From NCBI RefSeq assembly GCF_006345805.1, contig NC_043011.1:7626001-7690000 (forward strand): a stretch of DNA of 64,000 nt, read 5' to 3'. Under the pieces are notes generated by a model. That model saw only the letters and a program-made list of their open reading frames with translations, made no database searches and was not told the origin of the DNA. Positions 10,571-22,405 of the stretch are shown here, in pieces; within the stretch, counting starts at the first letter, position 1; each line of letters starts with the position of its first letter. The translations under genes and the position numbers were made by a program. Origin of the DNA: Octopus sinensis (taxonomy: Eukaryota).

Positions 10571-10632
10571 CGGTAGGAATTGGATTTTATGGTGGTTTTC
10601 AACCGTAATGGTCACCGATATTAAGGGCTGTG

Positions 10633-10850
10633 GAAGGACGGCGAGTTGACCAGAATCGTTAGCATATCATGCAAAATGCTTTGCAGTATTTCGTCTGCCT
10701 TTACGTTTTGAGTGCAAATTCCGCCGAGATCGACTTTATTTTTCATCCTTTCGGAGTCAATAAAATAAGTACCAGTTGAACACGGGGGTAGATGTCCTTG
10801 ACTGATCCTCTCTCCCGAAACTGTTGGCCTTGCGCCAGAACTTGAAACCA
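10633..10850 (+). mobile_element. SINE family B, diverged
   Basis: ggcgagttgaccagaatcgttagc...aaattccgccgagatcgacttt...aataagtaccagttg. Confidence 0.8.
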
Positions 10851-10964
10851 ATATTAAATGCTGTGAAACCGAGTCGTTAACAAACTGATTTCTTCAACGT
10901 TATATGATTTCTTTCCGTTTGGTTCCACAAAATAAAACACTGTAAAGGACGTGGGGCGTGAAGA

Positions 10965-11150
10965 CGCACGGTCAAGCGGTTAGGGAGGTGCATTCATGAT
11001 CGTAAGATTGTGGTTTCGATACTTGACCAAGTGGTACGTTGTGTTCTTGAGCAAAATACCACATTTTCTCGTTACTGCAGTCCACTCAGCTGGTAATTAG
11101 TTCCAGCACTACTTCGGGAGTTTAACCCCTCAAGGGGACAGCGTCGAGTT
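10965..11150 (+). mobile_element. tRNA-derived SINE family E (CORE-like), diverged
   Basis: Head ...gatcgtaagattgtggtttcgatac; gtgttcttgagcaaaa...gtccactcagctgg also seen at 56418-56630. Confidence 0.7.
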
Positions 11151-11230
11151 CGACGATGAGTGACGTAATTACAATAATTTATTTTATAGGGAAACCGGAT
11201 AAAGCCCCGGCTTTTTGATTCCTAAGGCTC

Positions 11231-11468
11231 ATGGCAGGCTCTGAAATGCGTGGGGTGATAAGCCCTGATGGGTGGGGGTGACAGGTCCTGAAAGGTGTGG
11301 GGTGACAGGTCCTGAAGGGTGTGGAGTGACAGGCCCTGAAGGGCGTGGGGTGACAGGACCTGAAGGGCGTGGGGTGACAGGCTCTGAAGGGCGTGGGGGT
11401 GACAGGCCCCAAAGGACGTGAGTGACAAGCTCTGAAGGACGTGGGTGACAGACCCCGAAGGACGTGGG
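11231..11468. repeat. GC-rich minisatellite, 23-25 bp unit x10
   Basis: Consensus GTGACAGGCCCTGAAGGGCGTGGG. Confidence 0.9.
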
Positions 11469-12293
11469 GTACTGAATCGGACACACCTTATTGGGTCTTT
11501 ATAGTAACACCTTAAGGGTTACAGTCAAAGTAAAGCCCCTTCTGATTTCGAATTTATATTGTAGAAAGTGGAAGTCAATAAAGTTAGGGTCATTTGGTTG
11601 CGTGGGGAAAGTTTTGAAACGTTTATCAGTGTTAGTTTAAACCAGCCATATCCGGCCCATCTATTCTGCAGCTGATAAGGCCATCTGTAGTAGCGGCCAT
11701 ATTAAGCTGCTGTTGTTGCCTGGTCATCTGATTGAACGGAACTATTATCAACTCCCATCCATGACTATCATGTCTTCTAAGGAGTATCTAAGACTTTGTT
11801 ATCGAAAGTAAAATCTATTTACTTCAAGACAGAATGGTGTGACTTGGGGGCAAGCTGGTCGTTATTTCTAGCTGGCCGAGCACTCTTGATGAATCGAGTC
11901 CTGAAATCTTAGATCATGGAGTTAATCCTCTCAATTATGAGGTATCTAATTTGTGTATTAAATAATCAACTTAAATTTAATGTCTGTAAACCTAAGAGGT
12001 TTTATTATTTTGAGGGGTCGGTGCTCAAGTTCGGTTTCCTGGCAGGAAGCGGAACGTGAAATTACATATACTTCCTGGATGGAACGCAGGTTTATCTTAA
12101 TACAAATATTTCCTTGGAGCAATGTTGAATAAAGTGCTCTGGTCAGCTGTATTTCTGCGGTCTCGTTACTTAAATCTACATAACGGAAATGAATAGCGAA
12201 GGATTTGAACTCGCGCTTTTGAAGAACATAGAAGTATTGTATCTTATATCCTTCCCTCTGTCATCTCACCACATTTATATCTATTGCTACATA

Positions 12294-12332
<39 letters not shown>

Positions 12333-12415
12333 TATATTGATACTAGTTATATAAATAAAGTTTATTTTCATCTCAAATTATTATCTTTAAGCTAAGCTAG
12401 GTTATATATATATAT

Positions 12416-12505
<90 letters not shown>

Positions 12506-12759
12506 TGTGTGTGTGAAGCAGCATTTACATCCTAAAAATCTAGAAACTTCGAGAGAATGTGTATTCATCAATAATGGTCGCACTCGAAGGAGATACAGCT
12601 ATAAATGAATGAGAAAGGTTTGCACGCTTTTATCTATAGCTTTATCTAGTTCGAGTTCAGCGTATTGTCAACGCATTATAAAGCAACACAACAATGTTAA
12701 GACACACGATAGCATATAAGACAGCACAATAATAAATTTAAGTGGCATGATATTACGAT

Positions 12760-12998
12760 ATTAAACCGTGACTTAATTCTTGTTTTACTCGAGTTGATCT
12801 CCACAGCCATTCGGCGTTCAAAACATCGTATTGTATTTTATAATTAAATATTATTAGGAACAGTTTTAAGAAAAACTGTAAAGATATCTTGTGGACTGTA
12901 GTAGTATAACCAGTTTATTGCACAGAAATTTTAACAACAAAATCTTACAGGGACCCTTAACAGTCATATGGACCCCACTTCCCAGTTGAGGACCTCTG
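12760..12998 (+). mobile_element. Diverged partial copy of hAT/Buster MITE
   Basis: aaattttaacaacaaa...gtcatatggacccc...cagttgaggacctctg aligns with the 3' part of 52023-52528. Confidence 0.55.
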
Positions 12999-13154
12999 AT
13001 TGAAACGTTTGTGATGCTTAACATAGTATATTACACTGTTGCTTAATAAATTATAATAAATTATAATAAGTTATGATAAATTATAATAAATTATGATAAA
13101 GGCTACAGTTACTTAATCAATTCTGCTACTACTTAATGGAATGTTCTATATTTA

Positions 13155-13333
13155 ATATTGGATTCAGCTTTTGGCACAAGGCCAGCAATTTCGTGGGGAA
13201 GGGTTATGTCGATAACAACGACCCCAAGGATGAAAAGCAAAGTCGACCTCAGTGGGATTCGAACACAGGACGTGAAGACAGACGAAATGTCGCCGACTAT
13301 TTCGTCCAGAGTGCTCACGATTCTGTCAGCTCA
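13155..13333 (-). mobile_element. SINE family B, diverged
   Basis: ggcacaaggccagcaatttc...aaagtcgacctcagtgggattcgaac...gattctgtcagctc. Confidence 0.75.
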
Positions 13334-13371
13334 ACTATCTTATACTTAACACACACGAACATAAATTATGC

Positions 13372-14135
13372 TTTTTCTTGTTTCAGTCATTAGATTGCGG
13401 ACATGCTGGAACATCGCTTGGGAAGGGGGGGGGGTTAGTCGCACAGATTGACCCCACCACTTTTAAATCCGGAACCTGTTTTTTCTGTTTCTTAGGCCGA
13501 ATCGCTAAATGATGGAGACGTAAACAAACCAGCACCGGTTGTCAAGAGATGTTGGAGGGACAATTACAAACACGAAGATACACATAAACATACGCTCGCA
13601 TACATATACATAGGACGGGATTCCACGCAGTTTCCGTCGATCAAATCCACTCACAAGGCATTGGTCAGACCGCAGTTATAGTAGAAGACACTTGCCCAAG
13701 GTGCCACACATCGGGACTGAACCCGAAACTACGTGGTTGCAACGCAAACTTCTCAATCAAGCCATATATATATATATATATGTATATATCTTTCACTTGT
13801 TTCAGTCACTGGGCAGCGCCCATGCTGGGGTATCACCTGCAAGAATTTTAGTCAAATGAATTGACCCCTTCATATCTTGCAGCCCGTTATATATATATAT
13901 ATTATATATATACACACACATATATATGTATATGTGTGTGTGTGTATGTATATATGTATGTATGTATGTATTTATAACGGGCTTCTTCCAGTTTCCGTCA
14001 ACTCAATTCCCTCGTAAGGCATTGGTCGGCCCGAGGCTATAGTAGAAGACACTTGCCCGAGGTGCCATGCAGCGGGATTGAACCGGGAACCAAGTGGTTA
14101 GGAAGCAAGCTTCTTACCACACAACCAATCCTGCG
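13372..14135 (-). mobile_element. Two tandem diverged SINE family A copies (13372-13765, 13790-14135)
   Basis: Reverse complement of family A tail and head motifs, seen twice. Confidence 0.8.
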
Positions 14136-14138
14136 CAT

Positions 14139-14177
<39 letters not shown>

Positions 14178-14739
14178 AGGACAAACTATCATAATGTAGT
14201 GTATAAGCTTACATAAACACAACTTGATCCACGAGTTGTGTTTTCCTTTTTATTTTAACAAACATTATTCAATACATAAACTTTTATCAAGGAAGGATAT
14301 AAAAGTCTTCTGCGTATATTATTTGATACACCTTGTTGCATATGCTTTGGTGAACCAAGCTGAACAGGGGTGACACTGCAAGCCGACATTACGACAGGGT
14401 TTCGATTCCTGATAGTAGTTAATTCGTAGTTCCTCTGGGAATGGAACGAGTATCATACTCAAGTACTCCTGTGCTAATGCACGGGATTCCCGGTCCCTAA
14501 TTCACTCTGTAATAATAATAATAATTATAATAAAAACATATTATCTAACTCTGTATCTCTCCATTTATATATTGGTCAAAACGTGCTTGACCCAACAAGA
14601 TGTTGAGTTGAGCTCAAACGAACCTTGACCACATTAGCATACTGTCTTTATCATATGTTAGGGTATATATTTTATATGGTAAGAGATGCATAGGAATATA
14701 TTCTGTATTGTCTTTATAATAAATATACCTCATACACAC

Positions 14740-14852
14740 AGTATATATATATGTATATATATGTATATTATGTATATGTTATATTATGTATGTATATTAT
14801 ATATCTATAATATATATATATATAGATATATATATATATATATATAATCTAT

Positions 14853-14921
<69 letters not shown>

Positions 14922-14937
14922 TATTAGAATATATAAT

Positions 14938-14969
<32 letters not shown>

Positions 14970-15193
14970 ATATATAATATTCTATAATAATATATAATAT
15001 ATATATAATATATATATATATAATATATATCTATATATGTGTGTGTGTATATATATATAATATATACATATATATATACATGTACACAAACTGTATAAGG
15101 TGTTTAGGTATATATTGTGTATATATGTATATGTATGTTGTGTATATATGGCACATATTCTGCATGACCGGTGTGTATATAATATATATATAT

Positions 15194-15267
<74 letters not shown>

Positions 15268-15270
15268 TAT
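14740..15270. repeat. (TA)n-rich microsatellite block
   Basis: Direct inspection. Confidence 0.9.
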
Positions 15271-15436
15271 GGGTGTGTGGGTATATATTGCACATAGTAT
15301 GTATGAAACAGGCGACAGGATAATTTCCGGCAATTAGTAATAGGGAAGTGGTTTCGATTCTTAACCGAGGCTAATTCACTTAACAAGATGACCTTAGTTA
15401 CGCGCTTAAAAAAATCATGAACACCACAACGTAACA

Positions 15437-15635
15437 TTGACTGCAACGAGGAAACCTCGACCTAACAGATATTGCAGCCAAAACTCCCTCAAATTACATC
15501 GGATCCTCTTAAAATAGATGTTACTTACTAGATAATGCAGTTCTTGGTGTCTGAAAAGTTATGACGGATTGGTCATCGCTGGAAGGTCTTTTATTATATC
15601 TCTGTTAGGGCCGACGTGGCTTTAAACAACTACAA
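15437..15635 (+). repeat. Repeat family G (headless, (CAA)-like tail), diverged
   Basis: gcagccaaaactccctcaaat...gataatgcagt...ggattggtcatcgctggaa...ttaaacaactacaa; related copies at 11660-11890, 29190-29340, 33735-33950, 36515-36690, 43520-46130, 49010-49110. Confidence 0.65.
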
Positions 15636-18600
15636 AAGCGGCAAATATCTCGCTAGAAATATGCAACGTTTGTAACAGTAAAAATATAAAATCGAAACTA
15701 TTTCTAAAAAAGAGTTTGCATTTCAGTTTTGATTCTCGGTTTTATTTTTTCTCCTCTTCACCTAACTCGCTAATATGTTTGGGAAAGGCATGAATGCTTC
15801 TCGAAATCACCTCCTATTTATAATGAGGATAAAATAAGAACGTTTAATAAAATAACCTCAAATAATTCCGATGTAAGAGCTATTTCAATTCTAAGATATA
15901 ACTATTTCACTTTTATTTAAAAGCAACATAAACCTCCGAACGAAGCATTAATGATACAAAATCTCTTTGCTTCCCCATATAAATAAAATCTTCTTTCTTC
16001 CTATGTTTTCACTCAATCATTCTCTTATTTTTAATGAAAACTTTTTTCATTTAAGCAATATATACAAATATTCCTTACTCCTTTCACTATCTGCCATGTA
16101 AAAACGAGAAAACATTTTTTTGCGCTTATATTTTGCTTAGAAATATCTTTAATAAAATTTGAAAGCTAGAAAATGTAGGTCTTAATTTCGAACACTTTCT
16201 GAAGTGATTTTATCTTTTTAAATAAATAACTGAAAATAGAAATAATTTTACTTGGATTTATAAAAGTTAACCACTTCTTATCCAAAAAAAAAAAAAAAGA
16301 AAAAAAATCTCCGAGAGCTGCAATTGTAATAAATTCGTAATAAATTTTAGGGGTACCGAATTATTTAAGCTTCTTCCGAAAGTATCTCCTTGAAATTTAA
16401 AGACTATTAAATTCGGTTTCTTTCTTAAAAAAAAAAATGTATTTTAATTTCAATTAATTTAAATCATTTTAATTAAACGCATTTAGTTTGTTTAAATACT
16501 AATATTTTTATTAAAGTTATGAGAAGTTACAACAGATTTTTCGTAGATAGACTGCGCCCTTCCCTAAAAATGACGCCGACTCTAGCTTAAAACCCTTACA
16601 GTGAGAGGTCAGCCGGCTGTCTAATCTATGATTTATGTACATAGAACTACAAATTCAACTAACCGCATCTATATAGTAAGTAAAATACAAACACCAAATC
16701 TACTATAAAGTTGTTCCATATGACCAACAAATGTTGTTTAACTAAAAATGAAAGGTTTTGTGCGATGTCCAGTCATGATGGGAAAACCGCGAATAACATT
16801 TTAAATCTTTCTGTTACTGAACTGAGGTATTTTTGTCTATTATACAAATATTTTTCAGAATAAAATAAAACTTTTAAAAGTATTTTTAAAAATAAACATT
16901 ATGTATAAATATATTTGAGTTTTTAGAAAGCGATCTGATAAGTTCGACCAGGATCCAGGTCGATAGGAAAATATCCGGAGTGCGGCTATCCTCGGTCAAG
17001 CAGAACACATCTTCTAAATGGAGAAAAAAACGGGAAGCACCGTCTAACAAAGCCTCCAGAAGTTCAAGGGGAGATAAATCACAGAGACTATTTAGCAAGA
17101 GTAAGAAAACTTTGATGTAAAGTTCAGAAAAAAACTCCACAAAACACGAGTTTTACCCGAAAGTTTTGCGAGTTTTTCTGGTCAAAACATTCAATTTTTA
17201 AATAGATTTTTCGATAAAATTTATTATCTATGATAAACACTGGATAAATTATACAAAATTTAACATATTTCATATATATTAATATTGTAAAGTTTAAGCA
17301 GAAACTAGTTAAGAAGTGAGTATCAATGGATTTAAAAATTAAAATTTCACTTCCCCGATACTCTCCATAATGAAATCAGCATTAAAACTTCAATTTCTAT
17401 TTTAACTTCACAAAAGTTTAATTTTTTTTCAACTAATCTATGAAATATTTACTACAGAAAATAAATTAATTCTAGTTAATTCTCTCAAAAGTTAAACAAT
17501 TTCAATAACTTAATTAGTTCATATAATAATTATTATTATTAATTTAATTACTACCTTATTAAAGGATAATTGTTCTTATAAAACTCTTCTTTTTCATGTG
17601 TAAATTTCTTTAATTACTTTTATTAAAATCTCCAAAATTATAGACATTTTTGCCAAGAAGAGCGAGTCTGATATATTTATGAAATATCATAATAGATATG
17701 ACAAAGAAAATAATAATAGTAATAAAACGCACAGAAAACACACAAATTCGTAATTATTAAATTTCTAAATTAAAATTTCTTACAAGTTTCGGTTTTCCAG
17801 AACAAAAACTGTTATTTCAATAATGTAACACTGAAGAATTAAACGTTTTATTTCAAACGTTGTAGTTAGAACAGAAAATATGACTGATCCAGAGCTGTGG
17901 CAGATCGCCATTGTTCGAGTCTTTTCTTTGTTTTAAAATGTCTTGGCTAGTTATTTGCTAACTAGAATATTATACTAACGTTACAGCAGATTAATATTAA
18001 AATATATTACAATCTTCTTTGTTACTAAGAAACCACAGAAGCAATGAATTGAACATTAGCTCCAGCAGAATCAACAAGCCGGGCTAAAAGATTTGCTAAG
18101 AAAATTTGTGAAAGAATAGAATAAAGGAAGAGAGAAAAAAAATAAACAAAATAACAATTGAGCCTATTCCATATGGATGAAATATGGATTAAAAAAAATA
18201 TATTTTTTGTTTATTGCGCCTTTTGGGCAGATTGAAAGGGTTAGATTTAGCATGAAACAACACCTTGCTTGTATGACTCTTTAATCAGCCGTCCTCAGCC
18301 CCCTGCCGCGTCCTACAATCAAATGAGGGGGGCCAAGCTCTCCTGTTGGTCGCAGCAGGATTTGGAGTTGGGGGTATTATATTCGCTTTCACTGTGGTCC
18401 GAGTAGAAGGGGGAGAAGGAGAAGCTGGGGGAAGAAAAAAATCGAATAAAATAAAATGTAAAAGAGATGAGTGCTGCTACAACAGTTGGTGCTCGTCACA
18501 TGTATAGTAGCTGGAATGAACCCACTTGATGTATGTTAATCAGGAAGAAAATTGACTTGGCTTGCAGCTGTAAGGTTGCATGCACAAAAGAAGATCGGTT

Positions 18601-21420
18601 CCGGTAGATGCGCAAAGAAACACGGCAGTAGATTCACAGTAAATTGACCAAGCACAAGACAAAGCTGTTTGGAATAGAGACTTTCTAATGCGACATTTCG
18701 GTTGTTGTCAAAAAATAATCAAGGCAAAGCCCCAGCTGGGGTATCGTTTGCTTTGTGTTGATTTATCCGTGACTTGTCTTCGTGTGATGAAGGAGAGAAA
18801 GGAAAATCAGGGAAGAATAAAAAAGAAAAAGGAAAAGAGATGAAGGAAAAATGTAAAATAAATAAAAAGAAAAATTTTAGAAAGGGGAAAAAAATGCTAG
18901 ACGCAAGAACACATTCTCAAATCGCCATAACTTTTGAAAGGTCTTTCTTTCAGTTTACAAAGCTTGTTTCATGATATATCTTTGTCTTTGTGTACTCGAC
19001 AAAAACTGATATAATGAGAAAATCTGTGTTCCTTTTAGAAACACGCTGTCTATTTTTTTTTATTGTCACTAACTTGTACCACACAGCGTGGCCAACGAAA
19101 GTGAGTTGGTTTGCACGTGCCCCGCTCGTCCTAAAAGATGCTGGGCTAGCCTCTGTTAGTTTTTATTTTAATTTTTTTATTCTTATTCATCTTCGCGTCC
19201 ATTCTGCAGATATTGTCTGTAATTTCTGAATAGAAATCGTAAGTTTTAGAAGAAAAAATAAAAAACGAAAAGAAAAAAAGTCTGCTCGAAATTTTATTGT
19301 GGTAAGTATCCACCCCACACGGTGTCTAAGAAATCGTTTTTTTTCGCACGTGCCCCCCTGTAAGCTTTGAGCTGTCCGAAGCGGTCCTTTCTGCATCCAT
19401 TTTAAAAATACATTGTCTACGTAGTGTTGGAAAATTGTTATTTACTTTAAAAAGTAAAATAACAACAACAACAACAACTACATCAACAATAATAAAACAA
19501 TAAGTAATTTCTACTTTTTTACTGTTTTGTCACTTTACCACACATGGTCCACCCTCCCCCCCTCTATGTAAAAAATGCTGAAATCAAACAAGCACGTGCA
19601 ATGTTATAGCGTCGAGATCTTGGAGATAGTCCGGAGCCCCCCTCCCCCCACCTCGACCGCCCTCCACACCATCCTTCCCCGCCACCGTGGTGCCCATTCC
19701 TTAGATAGAGTTTACAAAAGAGTAAAAAAGGAAATTGGCGTTTACCTTTTCAAAAACGCACTTGAACATTTAATGTGGTTGTAGTACCACAAAGCCCCCG
19801 TCTAAGAAAACGGCTGACCAGCACATGTGATCGAGGGATCAAAATGGTTCGCCTCATACCATCTGTGTCGCTTTCCACACAGAATCGACAGTAAAACCCC
19901 CTTTTGTATTTGGTAACACTCGAACGCCAAACCCCTACTACTGCGTTTGACATCTTACAAACACAAAACACACACACACACACACACACACACAATATCG
20001 CTTCACACACTTGGGTTTATTTGCTAATTAAATGCGTATACAAAGCAAAAATAAGAAGAAGAAAAAAAGAAGAGGGGAAGTTTCTCAAGACGAAATAAAA
20101 GTAAAATGCTAGGTTAGTTCCCTTGTACCTCCACCCCGTGGTCCCATGCTTTTTATTTATTTATTTATTTATTTATTTATCATTTCTTGTTTTTGTTTTT
20201 TCTTCATGTGGGTAGTGCGTGCGTGCGTGCGTGAGTGCGTGCATGAGGGAGTGAGCGAGAGAGAAAGCTTCTCCTGTCCCGTCAAATCGAATGTTTGGAA
20301 AACTTTGCTATCGACATAGGGGTAGGGCCGCAGGTATGGGGTGGGTGGGGTGGAGTTTAGAAAGTAAACTTTTTTTTTTGACCACAAAAAAAAATGGTAT
20401 TCTTTTGACACCTCAACTAAAACTTTTTTTTTTCTCTCTCTCTCTCTCGTAGAGGAAGTCTTAAGTTTGGATTATAGATAATAGCATTTCAGAAATCTTG
20501 AGCTAAAAATGAGAGATAATGATAATAATATTACTAATAATTAAAACAGAAAGAAAAACAGAAGGAAAAATTCTCAAAAAAAACAAAAAAAAATCAGAGT
20601 AAATGTGGCATAGATTGCTCGAGATTATAAATTTAGTTATGATTAAAGTATTATAATTAGTTATCGATTAATACTTGTTAAATATAATCGAAGATATCAA
20701 TCGATAATTGAAGATATATTTGAGAAAAGAATGGATATTTAAAAAAAAAATTCGAAAGTTTTCTATTTTAAATGCATTTTTTGCCGTTTATGGATCGGAG
20801 TTTTATAACAACTAAACGACCGATTCGAGAGAAAAAAGAGAGAATTGCTATTATGATCTGTCATCTCCTTAATATATTTGGAAGAAGTTTTTACAAAGTT
20901 CACATGGTTTGAGTAAGCAATAGGCAGTTTGAAGATCCGTCGAATGAGAGTATAAAAAAGAATAATAATAAAAAAAGTAAAAAAAGAAGAAAAAAACCGA
21001 AATTCTATTATAATTGCCCTCCCATTCTCACAGCATTCAGTGGAATGTGAAAGTGGCAACTCAAGTGAATGTGGCTCTGTGATGAGTGACACAGTAACTT
21101 TGTGATATCACATACGGCGCTTTTTAAAAACTATCTCTCATTCCGAAGTACTTCGTCTAGCAGAGCGCATTCCACTACCACATTTCGAAAGGTTTACAGA
21201 ATTGTTGCATTAATCTTTATCCATATTAGGACTATTATTGCATCCCATTCCTCCTGGCGACAAAAGGTTTCAGAGCAGGGAGAGAGATGGAATTTTTTTT
21301 TAACCCGGCAAACTCGAACCCTCAAATTTAGTGATAGTTATCTCCCTTACCTTCGCTGTTTTAAAATGTTCCTCTGGCGGGTTTTATGAGTGGAGGAAAT
21401 GATGGTCGTAAAGCGCCGCA

Positions 21421-21700
21421 CCAATCGAGTACACAAACTGTGATTTGCATGCTGTGTTGAAATATTCTTATCTGATTAAAATATGCTTTTCTTTTTCAGC
21501 ATATATTTCGAATTAAGATCATTTAGGTAATGGAAATAAACTAAGCGAAATCATAAAATGATGTAGTTTTCAAGCTACTTGGAACTCGCCGGTGGGAAAA
21601 AGATGAGGGTAAAAATTCGGCGGGAGAGTTTGGCAAGAAATTAGCAATGGTTAAGCGGGTACGGGATATAAAGGCGCAGTAGTGGGTAGCGGCTTTACAA
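21421..21700 (+). promoter_or_regulatory. Candidate core promoter
   Basis: CCAAT 21421-21425, octamer ATTTGCAT 21443-21450, TATAAAG 21667-21673 (predicted TSS ~21697); alternative TATATAA at 22193-22199. Confidence 0.4.
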
Positions 21701-22405
21701 CAGAAGTGGGGAAAAAATATAAAAAAATCTTATCATACTGGGCACTCGATAAGGTTGCTTGTTCACTGTTCTCTGTGAGTCTGACTCCGTGAATCCCCAT
21801 CGTCGACTGTGTTTCTTTCCCACACTTGAACAAAATGGGTTTAGGACCTTTCCATAAAATTAAAGAATAGTGAAATCACTCGAATAGAGTGCTACAAAGA
21901 ATTCTTTGGCTATTCGGAGCGAATGGGCCCTCAGGAGGCCTGCGATTGCCCATTTCTCAACTCTCCATCCAACCGGAGGCAGCTTTACTAGCCTCGGCGC
22001 GGACAAGAAATTATGTTGGTAAAATCCAGAAGAGTTGAAACGCTGACAAAAGAACTGCAGCCAGCTACAATGCACTTCCAAAAACTATAGACCAAAACAT
22101 TCTCAAATTTTTGACGGCTTAGCAGCTGTCTTCGTCGGGGGGATGGAAATGAAAAAAAAGTTTTAAAAGCAAGTGTATTGTGTGACAGTGTCTATATAAC
22201 GGCTACTGATAGCCTTTCTTTCTCAAATGCAATTGGTTTTAGTGTTGTGAACGTTCTTGATTGTTCGTTCTCTTGCATGGGAAAGGGAAGATCTCCACCA
22301 GCCGTTACGTAGACGGGGTTGCGCAACTGTGGATAAGCTGTTCAATGTCTTCATGGAATTCCTACCCAGTGCGGATTTAGAATTTTTCAACTAAATGGAG
22401 AACTG
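21697..22405 (+). other. Candidate first exon (uORF-rich 5'UTR or short coding start)
   Basis: Ends at consensus donor AACTG|GTAAGT (22405/22406); 5' boundary uncertain (~21697 or ~22224). Confidence 0.35.

Noticed and set aside
11179-11486. Pro-rich repeat ORFs (PSGPVTPR)
   Set aside because: Minisatellite with 23/25-bp units that break the frame
21835-22090. Assignment of the host gene (e.g. Runx, antizyme, TIS11, PTEN) from motifs or uORF peptides
   Set aside because: No peptide matched any N-terminus or conserved uORF I can recall; left unnamed
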